Shown piece after piece: positions 20,036-30,313 of a stretch of DNA of 64,000 nt (position 1 is the stretch's first letter; each line of letters begins with the position of its first letter). The DNA comes from Candidatus Woesearchaeota archaeon (GTDB lineage: Archaea > Nanobdellota > Nanobdellia > SCGC-AAA011-G17 > GW2011-AR20): positions 21,145 to 85,144 of the forward strand of contig JAGVYZ010000014.1 of assembly GCA_018303025.1 (NCBI GenBank), written 5' to 3'. The notes under the pieces are model-generated. The model ran no database searches, was not told the origin of the DNA, and worked only from the letters and a program-made list of their open reading frames with translations. Position numbers and translations under genes: made by a program.

Positions 20036-21199
20036 ATGGAAAAACTAGCTATAGATGGTGGAGAGCCTATAATTAAACAAAAAATTCCAATGGTTGTACC
20101 TTATTTTGATGAAAAAGAAATAGATTCTGTCGTTGAAACTATAAAGTCTACATGGATTTCTTCTAATGGCAAGAAAGGAAAAGAGCTTGAAGAAAAAATG
20201 TGTAAATATTTAGGAGTAAACCATACTATTTTAGTAAATAACTGCACATCTGCATTACATTTAGCTTTAATGATTTTGGGAATAAAATCAGGAAATGTTT
20301 TAGTACCTGATTACACATTTACCTCTACCGGGCTTGCACCAATACTAGTTAATGCTTCTCCTAAATTAGTTGATGTAGAGTATGACACTGCAAACATTGA
20401 AGTAAATCAAATTGAAAGAAGCATTGATTCTAATACTAAATGCATAATACCTGTGCATTATGCCGGACATCCATGCGAAATGGACTCTATAAACAGAATA
20501 GCTAATGAAAATGAAATTTTTGTTGTAGAAGATGCTGCTCAGGCATTAGGCTCTGAGTATAAAGGAAGGAAAGCTGGAACATTGTCCGATATTGGTTGTT
20601 TTAGTTTTCATGCTGTCAAAAATATAACTTGCGGAGAAGGCGGGGCTATTGTTACAAATGATGACAAATTAGCTGAAAAAGCTGTTATCATGCGAGACAA
20701 AGGAACAAACAAGGCTGCTTTTAATATACATCAGAACACTGGATTTTATGATTATGTTTCAGAAGGGCACAATTTCATGCTATCTGAAATTTTAGCTGCT
20801 GTTGCTTTAGAGCAATTTAAGAAAATAGACAAGATTACTGAATTGAGAAGAAAAAATGCAGATTATATGGTGAAAGAGTTAAAGAAATTAAATAATCCAA
20901 AGATAATATTGCCTACTGTAAAAAATTATGCAAATACAAACTGGCATTTGTTTCCAATAAAGTTCAAAGGAGATGTTAATTGGTTCAGCAAAGCAATGAA
21001 TGCAGAAGGAATAACTGCAAATATACATTATGTTCCATTGCATTTGACTACACTGTATAAAAAATATGGCTACAAGGAAGGGGATTTTCCAAATGCAGAA
21101 AGAGTTTTTAACAGCATGGTCAGACTGCCAATGCATCCTGGATTAACAAAAGAAGACATGGATAATATTGTGAAAGCAGTAGAGAAAGTGGCAAGATGA
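20036..21199 (+). CDS. DegT/DnrJ/EryC1/StrS sugar aminotransferase (WecE-like)
   Basis: EDAAQA, FSFHAVKNITCGEGG, RDKGTN, RLPMH. Confidence 0.92.
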   Translation: MEKLAIDGGEPIIKQKIPMVVPYFDEKEIDSVVETIKSTWISSNGKKGKELEEKMCKYLGVNHTILVNNCTSALHLALMILGIKSGNVLVPDYTFTSTGLAPILVNASPKLVDVEYDTANIEVNQIERSIDSNTKCIIPVHYAGHPCEMDSINRIANENEIFVVEDAAQALGSEYKGRKAGTLSDIGCFSFHAVKNITCGEGGAIVTNDDKLAEKAVIMRDKGTNKAAFNIHQNTGFYDYVSEGHNFMLSEILAAVALEQFKKIDKITELRRKNADYMVKELKKLNNPKIILPTVKNYANTNWHLFPIKFKGDVNWFSKAMNAEGITANIHYVPLHLTTLYKKYGYKEGDFPNAERVFNSMVRLPMHPGLTKEDMDNIVKAVEKVAR

Positions 21200-22059
21200 A
21201 AGGAACAATAGGGGGGAAAGTCCAGAAATTTTACAATGAAACTCCTTTTCCAGATTATGAACTTGAAAGATTTGAAAATAAAGAACAATTGAGAATTTTA
21301 GCTTATCCTTTTGCAGAAACATTAGATAGAAGTATTCCTAAAGATGCAAGTATTATAGATGTTGGAACAGGAACAGGGCAGTTATCTGCTTTTTTATCTT
21401 TAAAGAGAAAAAATGTATGGGGTATAGACTTTTCAGATAGTTCATTAAAAAAAGCTAATGCATTAAAAGAAAAATTAAAACTAGATACATTAACATTAAA
21501 GAAAGTTAATATTCTTAATGATAATGAAATTGAAAAATTACCCAAGTTTGACTATGTCTTATGTATGGGAGTTTTGCATCATACTGGAAATCCAAAGAAA
21601 GCTTTTAGGAATATATTAAAATTATTGAAACCTAATGGAAAAATAGCAATTGGATTATACAATAAGTATGGAAGAATACCATTAAAAATAAGAATTTTTT
21701 TAGCTAAAACTATTTTTAGAAATAACCAAAAAGTAAAAGATTATTTCATTAGGTTACAGATTGGAGAAATTAAAGACAAAGAAAGAGCAAGAGGATGGTG
21801 GAATGACCAATATGAACATCCTCATGAAAGCACTCATACTATTGGAGAAGTTCTTGATTGGTTTAAGAAATATAATGTTAAATACTTGCAAACAGTCCCT
21901 AATACTAAATTCTCCAATGGTACTGATTTAGAGTGTTATGGGCTGTTTAATAAAGAGAGAAAACCAACTATAGTTCATAGAGCTTATAATCAATTAAAGT
22001 GGATTTATACTACCCATAAAGAAGGTGGATATTGGATAACTATGGGTGAGAGAAAATGA
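21196..22059 (+). CDS. Class I SAM-dependent methyltransferase
   Basis: IDVGTGTG, GIDFS, GVLHH. Confidence 0.88.
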   Translation: MKGTIGGKVQKFYNETPFPDYELERFENKEQLRILAYPFAETLDRSIPKDASIIDVGTGTGQLSAFLSLKRKNVWGIDFSDSSLKKANALKEKLKLDTLTLKKVNILNDNEIEKLPKFDYVLCMGVLHHTGNPKKAFRNILKLLKPNGKIAIGLYNKYGRIPLKIRIFLAKTIFRNNQKVKDYFIRLQIGEIKDKERARGWWNDQYEHPHESTHTIGEVLDWFKKYNVKYLQTVPNTKFSNGTDLECYGLFNKERKPTIVHRAYNQLKWIYTTHKEGGYWITMGERK

Positions 22060-22640
22060 AAGGAATACCTTACCTTCACCCTTTTTTATATAAACTAACT
22101 ATGAAAATTCTTAATTTGGGGCATTATAAAAAAAAATATAATTTTTTGAAAAAAGAAATAGGAGACTTAACTGTTTTAGATGTTGGTTGTGGTGATTGCG
22201 AACTTGCTAATTATATTAAGAAAGAAAATTATAGTGGATGGGATACTAATGAAATATTTGTAAAAAAGGCTATTAAAAAAGGATTAAAGGTTGAGAATAA
22301 AGATGTTAGAAATTCTAATTTTCCAAAAGTAGACTGCATTGTATTTTCAGAAGTTTTGCATCATCTTCAACCAGATTATAAAAAGATAATAAAAAAAGCT
22401 ATTGATAATTCAAAAAAAGTTATTATTATTGAACCAGTAAGTCATGTAGCATCTTCTAAAAATATAATACTTTCTTTTATGGGAAAAGCATTTAATTATA
22501 ATGGACAAAAAGATTCAGTAGTTATACCTATAGAAAAAGAAGAGCTTATTAAACTTGGGAAAGAATTTAATAGTAAGATTATAAAAACAGAGGGAAGATT
22601 ATTATTAATGGTTTTTGAAAATGGAAGAAAAAGAATTTAA
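22056..22640 (+). CDS. Class I SAM-dependent methyltransferase
   Basis: VLDVGCG, EVLHH. Confidence 0.85.
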   Translation: MKGIPYLHPFLYKLTMKILNLGHYKKKYNFLKKEIGDLTVLDVGCGDCELANYIKKENYSGWDTNEIFVKKAIKKGLKVENKDVRNSNFPKVDCIVFSEVLHHLQPDYKKIIKKAIDNSKKVIIIEPVSHVASSKNIILSFMGKAFNYNGQKDSVVIPIEKEELIKLGKEFNSKIIKTEGRLLLMVFENGRKRI

Positions 22641-23292
22641 AATATATGGGCAGGAAAAAGAAGTACAGTATCTTTCACAGATTTACAGAAATATGGGAAT
22701 ATTTTTAGCTGAAAGACTTGTAAAGACTGAAATAACACCTAATTTTATTACATTTCTTGCAATATTTTTTGGTTTTGTTTCTATAGGAACATTATTATTT
22801 TTTAAAAATAATTTAGGAATAATTATTGGGGTTGCTATTTTCCAGCTGTCTTTGATTTTAGATGTTACTGATGGTTCTTTAGCAAGAAGGAAAAATATAA
22901 TTAATAAGTTTATAACATGGATGGATTATAATGCTGATGTTTTTTTAGACACTTGTGTTCTTTTTGCAGTAACTTTATCTCTTTATTTACAAACAAAAGA
23001 ACCATTAATCTTAATTTTTGGATTTTCAACAATAATTATGAAAGATTTAATTTATAATATTAGCATAGCTTTGGCAGCTACTGTAAAAGAACCTTCAAAA
23101 ATATTAGAAAAAGGACAAAAGAACTTTTTATCAAATTTTATTCCTACCAGACCTTTTATTTTTTTATCTTTGATGATATTTGCTATTTTTAATAAAGTTT
23201 ATCTTTATTTTGTCTTAATGACAATTTATCAAGTCTTTTTTTACTTTGGAACATTAGCTTACTTAAGCATAAAATTGAAGAAAAATGAATGA
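22621..23292 (+). CDS. CDP-alcohol phosphotransferase family protein
   Basis: ITPNFIT and DVTDGSLAR...MDYNAD signature; start moved to ATG 22621. Confidence 0.85.
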   Translation: MEEKEFKIYGQEKEVQYLSQIYRNMGIFLAERLVKTEITPNFITFLAIFFGFVSIGTLLFFKNNLGIIIGVAIFQLSLILDVTDGSLARRKNIINKFITWMDYNADVFLDTCVLFAVTLSLYLQTKEPLILIFGFSTIIMKDLIYNISIALAATVKEPSKILEKGQKNFLSNFIPTRPFIFLSLMIFAIFNKVYLYFVLMTIYQVFFYFGTLAYLSIKLKKNE

Positions 23293-23950
23293 AATAAGCA
23301 AAGTAGATTATTATGGAAAAAGGGAAGTTGTAGAAAATTATTTTGAAAGAAGATATGGCAATAATAGCGGGAAGCTTATCAATAAAAGAGAATTATATGC
23401 TGTTAAATCTTTACTTCCGGGAAAAGGAAAAATTTTGGATGTTGCCTGCGGAACAGGCAGATTGGGCATGATTCTAAATAGAAATTTTGAAGTTACTGGT
23501 GTAGACACTTCAAAAGAGATGCTAAAAATATGCCCTTATAAAAATAAAATAATTGGAAGCGCTGAAAAATTACCTGTAAAAGATAAATATGATATTGTTG
23601 TTGCCTTAAGGTTCTTTTTTCATTATGAAGATATTGAACCTTTTTTAAAAGAATTCAAGAGGGTTTCTAAAAAGAATGGGTTTATCATCTTTGAAACATA
23701 TTCCTGGAGTCCAAGAAGCATAATTAATATAAAAAGCCTCGGAGGAAAAATATATTCTCATAACCATAAGAAAATTTTAGAAATATTAAACAAACTTGAT
23801 TTAAAACTTATTGAGAAAAGAAGAATATTCCTTTTTTCACCTTTTGTGCAAAAAAAACTGCCATTTTTTATTCTTAAATTTATTACTAAAATAGAAGAAA
23901 AACTTCCTGATAAATTTAAAATGGACTGCTATTGGAAAGTTCAAGTTTGA
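23285..23950 (+). CDS. Class I SAM-dependent methyltransferase
   Basis: ILDVACGTGR, GVDTSKEML, FFFH. Confidence 0.88.
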   Translation: MNEISKVDYYGKREVVENYFERRYGNNSGKLINKRELYAVKSLLPGKGKILDVACGTGRLGMILNRNFEVTGVDTSKEMLKICPYKNKIIGSAEKLPVKDKYDIVVALRFFFHYEDIEPFLKEFKRVSKKNGFIIFETYSWSPRSIINIKSLGGKIYSHNHKKILEILNKLDLKLIEKRRIFLFSPFVQKKLPFFILKFITKIEEKLPDKFKMDCYWKVQV

Positions 23951-25431
23951 AACAAGCAAACATCATTTATTTGTTTTAGTTTCTTTAAATTGCAAAATTC
24001 TAATGTATTGCAATTGTCATTTTGAGTAATAATATGTGTTGTATTAACATAATTAAGATTTTCAGTTATTGCCTCACAATTTTTTTCATTTAATAACTGA
24101 TTTATTGCTTTAAATTTTTTAACATACTCTGCATCTTTTTCAGAATAAGACCAGCCACCAGAAGTTGAAAGATTTAAAAAAATTGGGGCATAAGAATAAT
24201 AAGCATTTGAATAAGAAGTTGTGCTGTTAATTCCAAAAATAACAAACTTGCTGTCTTTTGGAAGCTCTTCTAGTAAACTTAAAATATTATTTTCTAAAGG
24301 CGTATGGTCTACAAAATAAGGTGTATGAACTGCATTTGCTATGATGCTTAAGACAGCAAAGAAGATTATACCTAAAATAATTATTTTTTTAATCCAAGAT
24401 TTATACAAATTAAAATCTATTTTTAACAAATAGTAAACTATAAAGAAAATAAGCAGGGTTATAACTGAATCAGGATAAACTTTATCTAAGATAGGCAAGA
24501 AGGCAGTTATTCTGAATAAAAATAAAATAGTTAAAATTAATATTGGTAAAAAAAAGATGAATTCTTTCTTAATTCTATTTTTATAAAAATACAGGAAAGA
24601 AATGACTAGTAAGACAATAGGTATAATAATTCCTACAATGTTCGTTAAGAGCCATTGACCAGAAAATTCTAATGATCTTGTTCCCATTGAATAGTTTAAT
24701 ATTGAATTATTTTTTAATTGAAGTAAATAATTAAACCACCAGAATGAAGACAATATTAAGCCGAGAATCATTAAAAAAATCATTTTTATCTTATCTGCTT
24801 TGTTAATGACTAGAAATAATCCAAAAAGCATGATATGCGCCAGGATTATTGTCACTGGATGTGAAATCATTAAAATAGTGTAAAAAATTATAAAGATTAT
24901 ATAAAAAAACTTGTCTAGTTTTTTGTTTACATATTCTATGCTTAAGAAAAATAAGGGGATAAAGATTACCCAGCTAAACAGTTCTGACATTCTTCCAAGC
25001 CTTATGAAATCACCTATTGACATGGGGTTTGCGAAAACAAACAGGAAAAAGACAACAGAATAAAGAAAAGAAAATCCCTGCATTTTTCCAAATTTGTAAA
25101 TCATGTAAAAACCAATCACTAAAAGAATGATAAGAGAAAGATATGTTGCTAAAAGAATATTGTTTAGTAATAAATAAATTGGATATGTGAAAAAAGCCCA
25201 GCCAGGCGTATAAGAACTAAAAGTAGTATAGCCATGATACCAATAAGGGCAGATTTGATGAAAACCACAGTCTTTTAAGAAAAATAGCATAGCCATATGT
25301 CCACTATAATCATTGACTGTATCTAATGGAAAAACGGTTATTAATTTTGATTGATTAATTAACCGAAATAAAAGATTAATGAATAGAATTAAAGCTGACA
25401 ACCACAAATACTTTTTAGGAATAGTCTTCAT
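23941..25431 (-). CDS. GT-C-like membrane protein ('PTPS-related' family)
   Basis: NDYSGH, WYHGYTTFSSYTPG, GR-x-x-E, SH motifs; multiple TMs. Confidence 0.65.
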   Translation of the reverse strand: MKTIPKKYLWLSALILFINLLFRLINQSKLITVFPLDTVNDYSGHMAMLFFLKDCGFHQICPYWYHGYTTFSSYTPGWAFFTYPIYLLLNNILLATYLSLIILLVIGFYMIYKFGKMQGFSFLYSVVFFLFVFANPMSIGDFIRLGRMSELFSWVIFIPLFFLSIEYVNKKLDKFFYIIFIIFYTILMISHPVTIILAHIMLFGLFLVINKADKIKMIFLMILGLILSSFWWFNYLLQLKNNSILNYSMGTRSLEFSGQWLLTNIVGIIIPIVLLVISFLYFYKNRIKKEFIFFLPILILTILFLFRITAFLPILDKVYPDSVITLLIFFIVYYLLKIDFNLYKSWIKKIIILGIIFFAVLSIIANAVHTPYFVDHTPLENNILSLLEELPKDSKFVIFGINSTTSYSNAYYSYAPIFLNLSTSGGWSYSEKDAEYVKKFKAINQLLNEKNCEAITENLNYVNTTHIITQNDNCNTLEFCNLKKLKQINDVCLFQT

Positions 25432-25482
25432 AAAAAGGTTAAATAGGTTTATTTTAAATAACTTTAGTTTTTTATTATAAAT

Positions 25483-26583
25483 ATGAAAATAGCCTACTTA
25501 ATTGAATATTTTGAACCGTTCAGCAGAGGAGCTGAGAACAATTGCTATTATTTAGCTAAAGAACTTGCTAAAAAACATGATGTTCAGGTTTATACTTCTG
25601 ACAGGAAAGATGGGAAGATTGCTTCTTCTTATGAAGTTATTGATAATATTAAAGTACATAGATTCAAACCTTTTTTAAGATTTAGATATTATTTGAGTAT
25701 AACTCCAGGATTAATTAAAATTTTAAAAGAAGATTATGATATTGTGCATGTTCATTCATTTGGATTTATTTGGCATGATTTTATTGTTTTTTTATTAAAA
25801 TTAAGAGGAACTAAAGTTGTAAATACACCTCATGGACCATTCATGGCTTTACCTAGTTATAATATTTTTCAGAGAGTCTTTAGAGGGATTATTAGGTTTT
25901 TTGAGTTTTTTATAAATAAACTTTATGATATTGTTATTCAGGTTAATCCAGAACAGTATAAGTGGATGACTAAAGAAGGTGTAAATTTAGAGAAAATTAA
26001 ATTTATTCCCAATGGGATAAGTGAAGAGAATTTTAAAGAGATAAAACAAAATAAATACAAGTCAAATAAAAAAATAATTTCTTATGTTGGTGGTTTGCAA
26101 AAGTATAAAGGTATTGAGCAGATAATTAAAATATTGCCTGATTTTAAAGATGTTAAATTTATCTGCGTTGGGGAAGGAGAAGATAGAAAAAGACTTGAGA
26201 AAATTGCTAAAGACTTGAAGGTTGATGTTGTTTTTACAGGAAGGATTTCTGATAATGAAAAACTACAGGTTTTAGATGCTTCTGATGTTTTTATTTTACC
26301 TTCTGAATGGGAAGCTTTTGGAATTGTAATCTTAGAAGCAATGGTCAGAGGAAATGCAATTATTAGCACTAAAACAGAAGGCGGTTTATTTTTAATTTCA
26401 AAAGAAAATGGATTTTTATATGACTTTGGAAATTTAAAACAATTAAAAGAAAAATTGGAAGTTTTATTAAAAGACAAGAAATTACTAGAAAAAATAAAGA
26501 AAAATAATTTAAAGAAAGCAAAAGAATTTTTATGGAAAGATATTGCTAAAGATTTAGAAAAGGTGTATAAGGAACTAAGATGA
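25483..26583 (+). CDS. Glycosyltransferase family 4
   Basis: IPNG, YKG, EAFGIVILEAM. Confidence 0.92.
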   Translation: MKIAYLIEYFEPFSRGAENNCYYLAKELAKKHDVQVYTSDRKDGKIASSYEVIDNIKVHRFKPFLRFRYYLSITPGLIKILKEDYDIVHVHSFGFIWHDFIVFLLKLRGTKVVNTPHGPFMALPSYNIFQRVFRGIIRFFEFFINKLYDIVIQVNPEQYKWMTKEGVNLEKIKFIPNGISEENFKEIKQNKYKSNKKIISYVGGLQKYKGIEQIIKILPDFKDVKFICVGEGEDRKRLEKIAKDLKVDVVFTGRISDNEKLQVLDASDVFILPSEWEAFGIVILEAMVRGNAIISTKTEGGLFLISKENGFLYDFGNLKQLKEKLEVLLKDKKLLEKIKKNNLKKAKEFLWKDIAKDLEKVYKELR

Positions 26584-26585
26584 AA

Positions 26586-26623
26586 GAAGCCTTTTTAAAA
26601 AAGCCTTCGGGGAAAATAAAAAA
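26586..26623 (+). repeat. Palindromic dispersed repeat, copy A
   Basis: GAAG-C-CTTTTT-A-AAAAAG-C-CTTC followed by GGGGAAAA; flanked by ATGAA at 26580-26584 and 26624-26628. Confidence 0.75.
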
Positions 26624-27760
26624 ATGAAGATAGCGTTTGTTTGCCCGTATTATGAACCTGTTGTAGACGGACCTAAACAGGTAATTATTGAAATTGCTAA
26701 GTATTTAATTAAAGAAGGAAATGAAGTTCATGTTTACACTTCTGACTGGGATAAATATAAGAGGATAAAAGTAAAAGAAGAGGTTATTGATGGTGTTTAT
26801 GTTCATAGATGTTTTCATATTTTAAGGGTAGCTAATTTTGCAACTGTCTGGCCTTCTGTTTTTTTTAGATTGCTTAAAAATGATTTTGATATTATCCATA
26901 CTCATGTTTCTGGGCATGCTCATGTATTCTTTGCTTCTCTTGCTGCTAAATTGAAAAATGTAAAATTAGTTCATACAACTCATTGTCCATGGACAAATGC
27001 TAATAGAGGATTTATTGGAAGTTTATTGGTAAAAATAAGCTATAACACTATTAACAAATTAAGCTTTAAGTGGAGTGATAAAATAATTGCTATAACTCCT
27101 TGGGAAATTCAGTTTATTGAAAAATATGGTGGCAAAGGAAAAATAGAAGTTATACCAAATGGTGTTTCTGAGCTTTTCTTTGAAAAAGTCAAAACAAATA
27201 ATTTCAAGAAAAATTTGGGATTAAAAGGGAAATTTGTTTTATTCTTTGGAAGATTGAATGTAACTAAAGGTGTTGATAATTTAATGAAAGTTGCTAATGA
27301 GATTGTGAAAGAAAGAAAAGAGGTTAATTTTCTTTTTATTGGACCTGATGAAGGAATGAAAGATACTTTGATTAAAATGAACCAAAATAAAGAAAGAATA
27401 AAAGTTTTAGATGCTATTAAAGATAGAAAAAAGGTTAGAGAAATGTATCAAAGTTCTGAGGTATATGTTTTACCTAGCTTTAGGGAAGGAAACCCTCTTA
27501 CTTTATTTGAGGCATTTGCATCTGGTTTGCCTGTTGTTGCTTCTCCTGTAAATGGGATTCCTTTTGAAATGAATAGTGAAAATGGATTTTTAGTCGAATA
27601 TGGTGATTTAAAGAATTTGAAATTGAAAATATTGAAGATACTGGATGATGAAAAGTTAGCTTTGAATTTTTCTAAAAATAACAGAAAAAAAGCTGAAAAG
27701 TACAAATGGAATGATATTGCTAAAAAGACTGAAAAGTTGTATAAATATTTGTTAAAATGA
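26624..27760 (+). CDS. Glycosyltransferase family 4
   Basis: FGRLNVTKG, EGNPLTLFEA. Confidence 0.92.
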   Translation: MKIAFVCPYYEPVVDGPKQVIIEIAKYLIKEGNEVHVYTSDWDKYKRIKVKEEVIDGVYVHRCFHILRVANFATVWPSVFFRLLKNDFDIIHTHVSGHAHVFFASLAAKLKNVKLVHTTHCPWTNANRGFIGSLLVKISYNTINKLSFKWSDKIIAITPWEIQFIEKYGGKGKIEVIPNGVSELFFEKVKTNNFKKNLGLKGKFVLFFGRLNVTKGVDNLMKVANEIVKERKEVNFLFIGPDEGMKDTLIKMNQNKERIKVLDAIKDRKKVREMYQSSEVYVLPSFREGNPLTLFEAFASGLPVVASPVNGIPFEMNSENGFLVEYGDLKNLKLKILKILDDEKLALNFSKNNRKKAEKYKWNDIAKKTEKLYKYLLK

Positions 27761-28510
27761 TTCTGGTAAATGAAGATATTCTCCAAATGTGAAAAATCCA
27801 ATTATTTCATGATTCTTTGCAAGAATTGGAAATAAATCTTTTTCTAGGCTTTTTATGTCTTGATTCAAATAACTGAAGATTTCTTCTCTAAATAAATATA
27901 CACCTGCGTTTATTATATATGAGTTAGTTTTCTTTTTTTCCTTGAAGTTTATCACTAAATTTCCATCCAAAACAACTGAACCATATTTACTTGGAGAAGA
28001 ACTATTAATTAATCCCATATACATAATTTTGTTATTTTTCAAAAATTCATTCAACATATTTTTAAGATTAAAATTATTTAATGTGTCTCCATTAAAAACA
28101 AGAAAATTTCCCTTAATTTTTTCCTTTAATTTTGATAAGGCTAATGCATTGCCTTTATGCTCTTTTTCATAAACAAGTTCTATTAAAATTTTGTGATTAA
28201 TTTTTGAGATAATTTCCTTAATTTTTGGATTTTCTTTAGTTATTAGGTATAGCTTTTTTACACCATTTTTTTCTAAAAAATTTAAATGATGCTGCATTAA
28301 AATTAAACCATTTAAGTTTTTATTTAACAAGTCTAATGAATTTTCATGAATAAGCATCACTGCATCCAACAAAGGCCTGTTTTTGATTGATTCGTTTAAT
28401 AAGGATTCAATTGCCTGTGATCTTGAACGTATGAAATCATTATCAACATAAGAATCTATAACCTGCAATAGATTAGAATCCAGGGAGATTGCTATTTTCT
28501 CTTTTTTCAT
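27752..28510 (-). CDS. Ribbon-helix-helix DNA-binding domain fused to a degenerate nucleotidyltransferase domain; probable regulator
   Basis: N-terminus KIAISLD...LLQVID...RSRSQAIESLL is CopG/NikR-like; C-terminal part has NGD, KYG, EK, INAGVY, SLEKD but lacks the LAGGxGxR loop. Confidence 0.75.
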   Translation of the reverse strand: MKKEKIAISLDSNLLQVIDSYVDNDFIRSRSQAIESLLNESIKNRPLLDAVMLIHENSLDLLNKNLNGLILMQHHLNFLEKNGVKKLYLITKENPKIKEIISKINHKILIELVYEKEHKGNALALSKLKEKIKGNFLVFNGDTLNNFNLKNMLNEFLKNNKIMYMGLINSSSPSKYGSVVLDGNLVINFKEKKKTNSYIINAGVYLFREEIFSYLNQDIKSLEKDLFPILAKNHEIIGFFTFGEYLHLPESF

Positions 28511-28531
28511 ATATTTTACAAGATAATAAGG

Positions 28532-28566
28532 TTTAAATAGCTAATGGTATGAACAGTTCATACCAT
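28532..28566 (+). promoter_or_regulatory. TATA box plus perfect 11-1-11 inverted repeat (candidate operator)
   Basis: TTTAAATA at 28532-28539; ATGGTATGAAC-A-GTTCATACCAT at 28544-28566, overlapping the ATG at 28565. Confidence 0.75.
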
Positions 28567-29569
28567 GATAATTAAGAGCAGGGCACCAGTAAGGATATAT
28601 TTTGGAGGAGGAGGAACAGACATTTCCCCTTATACTGAAGAATATGGCGGTGCTGTGTTAAATACAGCTATTTCAAAATATGCATATACTACCTTAAGAA
28701 CAAATGAAGAGAACAAAATAGAGATTACTTCTGCTGATTATAACAAGACTATTACTGTAGACCATATAAGCCATCTTGATGCTGGAAACAATTTGGACAA
28801 TCTTGACTTAATCAAGGCAATCATTAAAAAATTTTATCCAGAATATGGATTTGAAATTTTCTTAAGAGGAGATATAATGCCTAATTCAGGATTAGGAAAC
28901 TCAGCTTCTACTGCTGTTTCAATTATTAGTCTTTTTAATTATTTAAACAAAAATAAGCTAAACAATAAACAAATTGCTGAACTTGCTTTTCAAATTGAAA
29001 CTAATGATTTGAAAAATGTAGGTGGCAGGCAAGACCAATATGCTGCAAGCTTTGGCGGCTTTAATTTAATGGAGTTTAAAGGAAATGACAATGTAATAGT
29101 AAAACAAGTAAATATCAAAAAAGAAACAGTTATGGAACTTCAAAAAAGACTTGTTCTTGCTTTTATTGGAAAAAGAGAACCATCAGGAAATATTTTAAAA
29201 TCACAGCAGGATAGTTATTCAAAAAGAGATAAAATAGAGCTTCTTGATTATTTAAAGAAGAACACTTATTTAATGCATGATTATTTGAAAGAAGAAAAAT
29301 TTGAAGAATTTGGAAAATTACTTTCAAACTCATGGGAGAAAAAAGTTGAGCTTAATCCCAACATAACTACTCAGAAAATTGAGGCACTTAGAGATATTGC
29401 AAGCAAACATGGTGCAATAGGTTCAAGAAACATGGGTGCTGGAAGAGGAGGCCATATGATTTTCTTTTGCAGAGAAGGAAGAGAACACAATGTTAGAAAT
29501 GCAATAGAACAATCTGGTGCTAAGATAGTTGATTTTAACATGGACAATGAAGGAGTGCAAGTATGGTAA
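28565..29569 (+). CDS. GHMP sugar kinase (HddA heptose-7-phosphate kinase / fucokinase-like)
   Basis: RAPVRIYFGGGGTD, PNSGLGNS, GGRQDQY, GAGRGG. Confidence 0.88.
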   Translation: MIIKSRAPVRIYFGGGGTDISPYTEEYGGAVLNTAISKYAYTTLRTNEENKIEITSADYNKTITVDHISHLDAGNNLDNLDLIKAIIKKFYPEYGFEIFLRGDIMPNSGLGNSASTAVSIISLFNYLNKNKLNNKQIAELAFQIETNDLKNVGGRQDQYAASFGGFNLMEFKGNDNVIVKQVNIKKETVMELQKRLVLAFIGKREPSGNILKSQQDSYSKRDKIELLDYLKKNTYLMHDYLKEEKFEEFGKLLSNSWEKKVELNPNITTQKIEALRDIASKHGAIGSRNMGAGRGGHMIFFCREGREHNVRNAIEQSGAKIVDFNMDNEGVQVW

Positions 29570-30312
29570 AGGCTGTTATTTTAGCTGGAGGAAAAGGAGA
29601 AAGATTTGGAAATATTAGTGGAGAAATTCCAAAAGTTATGGCTTCTTTGAATGAAAAACCATTACTAGAACATACTATCAATTGGCTTAAACAAAATGGA
29701 GTTAATGAAGTTGTTTTATGCACTGGATATAAAAAAGAATTTATTGAAGATTATTTTGGAAATGGAGAAAAGTTTAATGTTTCCATTAAATATTCTCATG
29801 AAGATGAACCTAAAGGAACTGGGGGAGCATTAAAATTAGCTGAAAAATATTTAGATGAAACTTTTGTTTTAATTAATGGTGATTGTTTAATCGATTGTGA
29901 TTTGAAAAAAGCAATTGAAAAACATGAGAATGAGAAAAGCATTGCTACTATTAATTTAACTGAAGCTAAAAACCCAGAACATCAGGAATTGATTAAATTT
30001 GATGATAAATTTAATGTTTTAGAAATTTTACAAAGAAATAGTGAAAAACATAAGGAGCATATGAAAAATTCTAATGAGTTATATTGTAATTCTGGATTAT
30101 TTATATTTGAACCTGAAGTTTTAAAGGAATTACCTGAAGAAGGAAAATATGCTTTAGAACCAACTTTATTTCCAAAATTATTTGAAAATAATAAAAAAAT
30201 TAAAGCGTTTTATGAAAATGGAGTCTATATTGAAATAGGAAATCCTGAATTATATAAAAAAGCAAGTGAAAATATTAATGTTAAAAAATTCTTAGAGGCG
30301 ATAGGAGAATAA
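29563..30312 (+). CDS. Sugar-phosphate nucleotidyltransferase (HddC/GMPP-like)
   Basis: LAGGKGER, PKVM, GTGGAL, NGD. Confidence 0.88.
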   Translation: MVKAVILAGGKGERFGNISGEIPKVMASLNEKPLLEHTINWLKQNGVNEVVLCTGYKKEFIEDYFGNGEKFNVSIKYSHEDEPKGTGGALKLAEKYLDETFVLINGDCLIDCDLKKAIEKHENEKSIATINLTEAKNPEHQELIKFDDKFNVLEILQRNSEKHKEHMKNSNELYCNSGLFIFEPEVLKELPEEGKYALEPTLFPKLFENNKKIKAFYENGVYIEIGNPELYKKASENINVKKFLEAIGE

Positions 30313-30313
30313 A

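Noticed and set aside
28565-30312. Complete GDP-heptose pathway
   Set aside because: No GmhA isomerase or GmhB phosphatase in the window, so the kinase substrate cannot be assigned.
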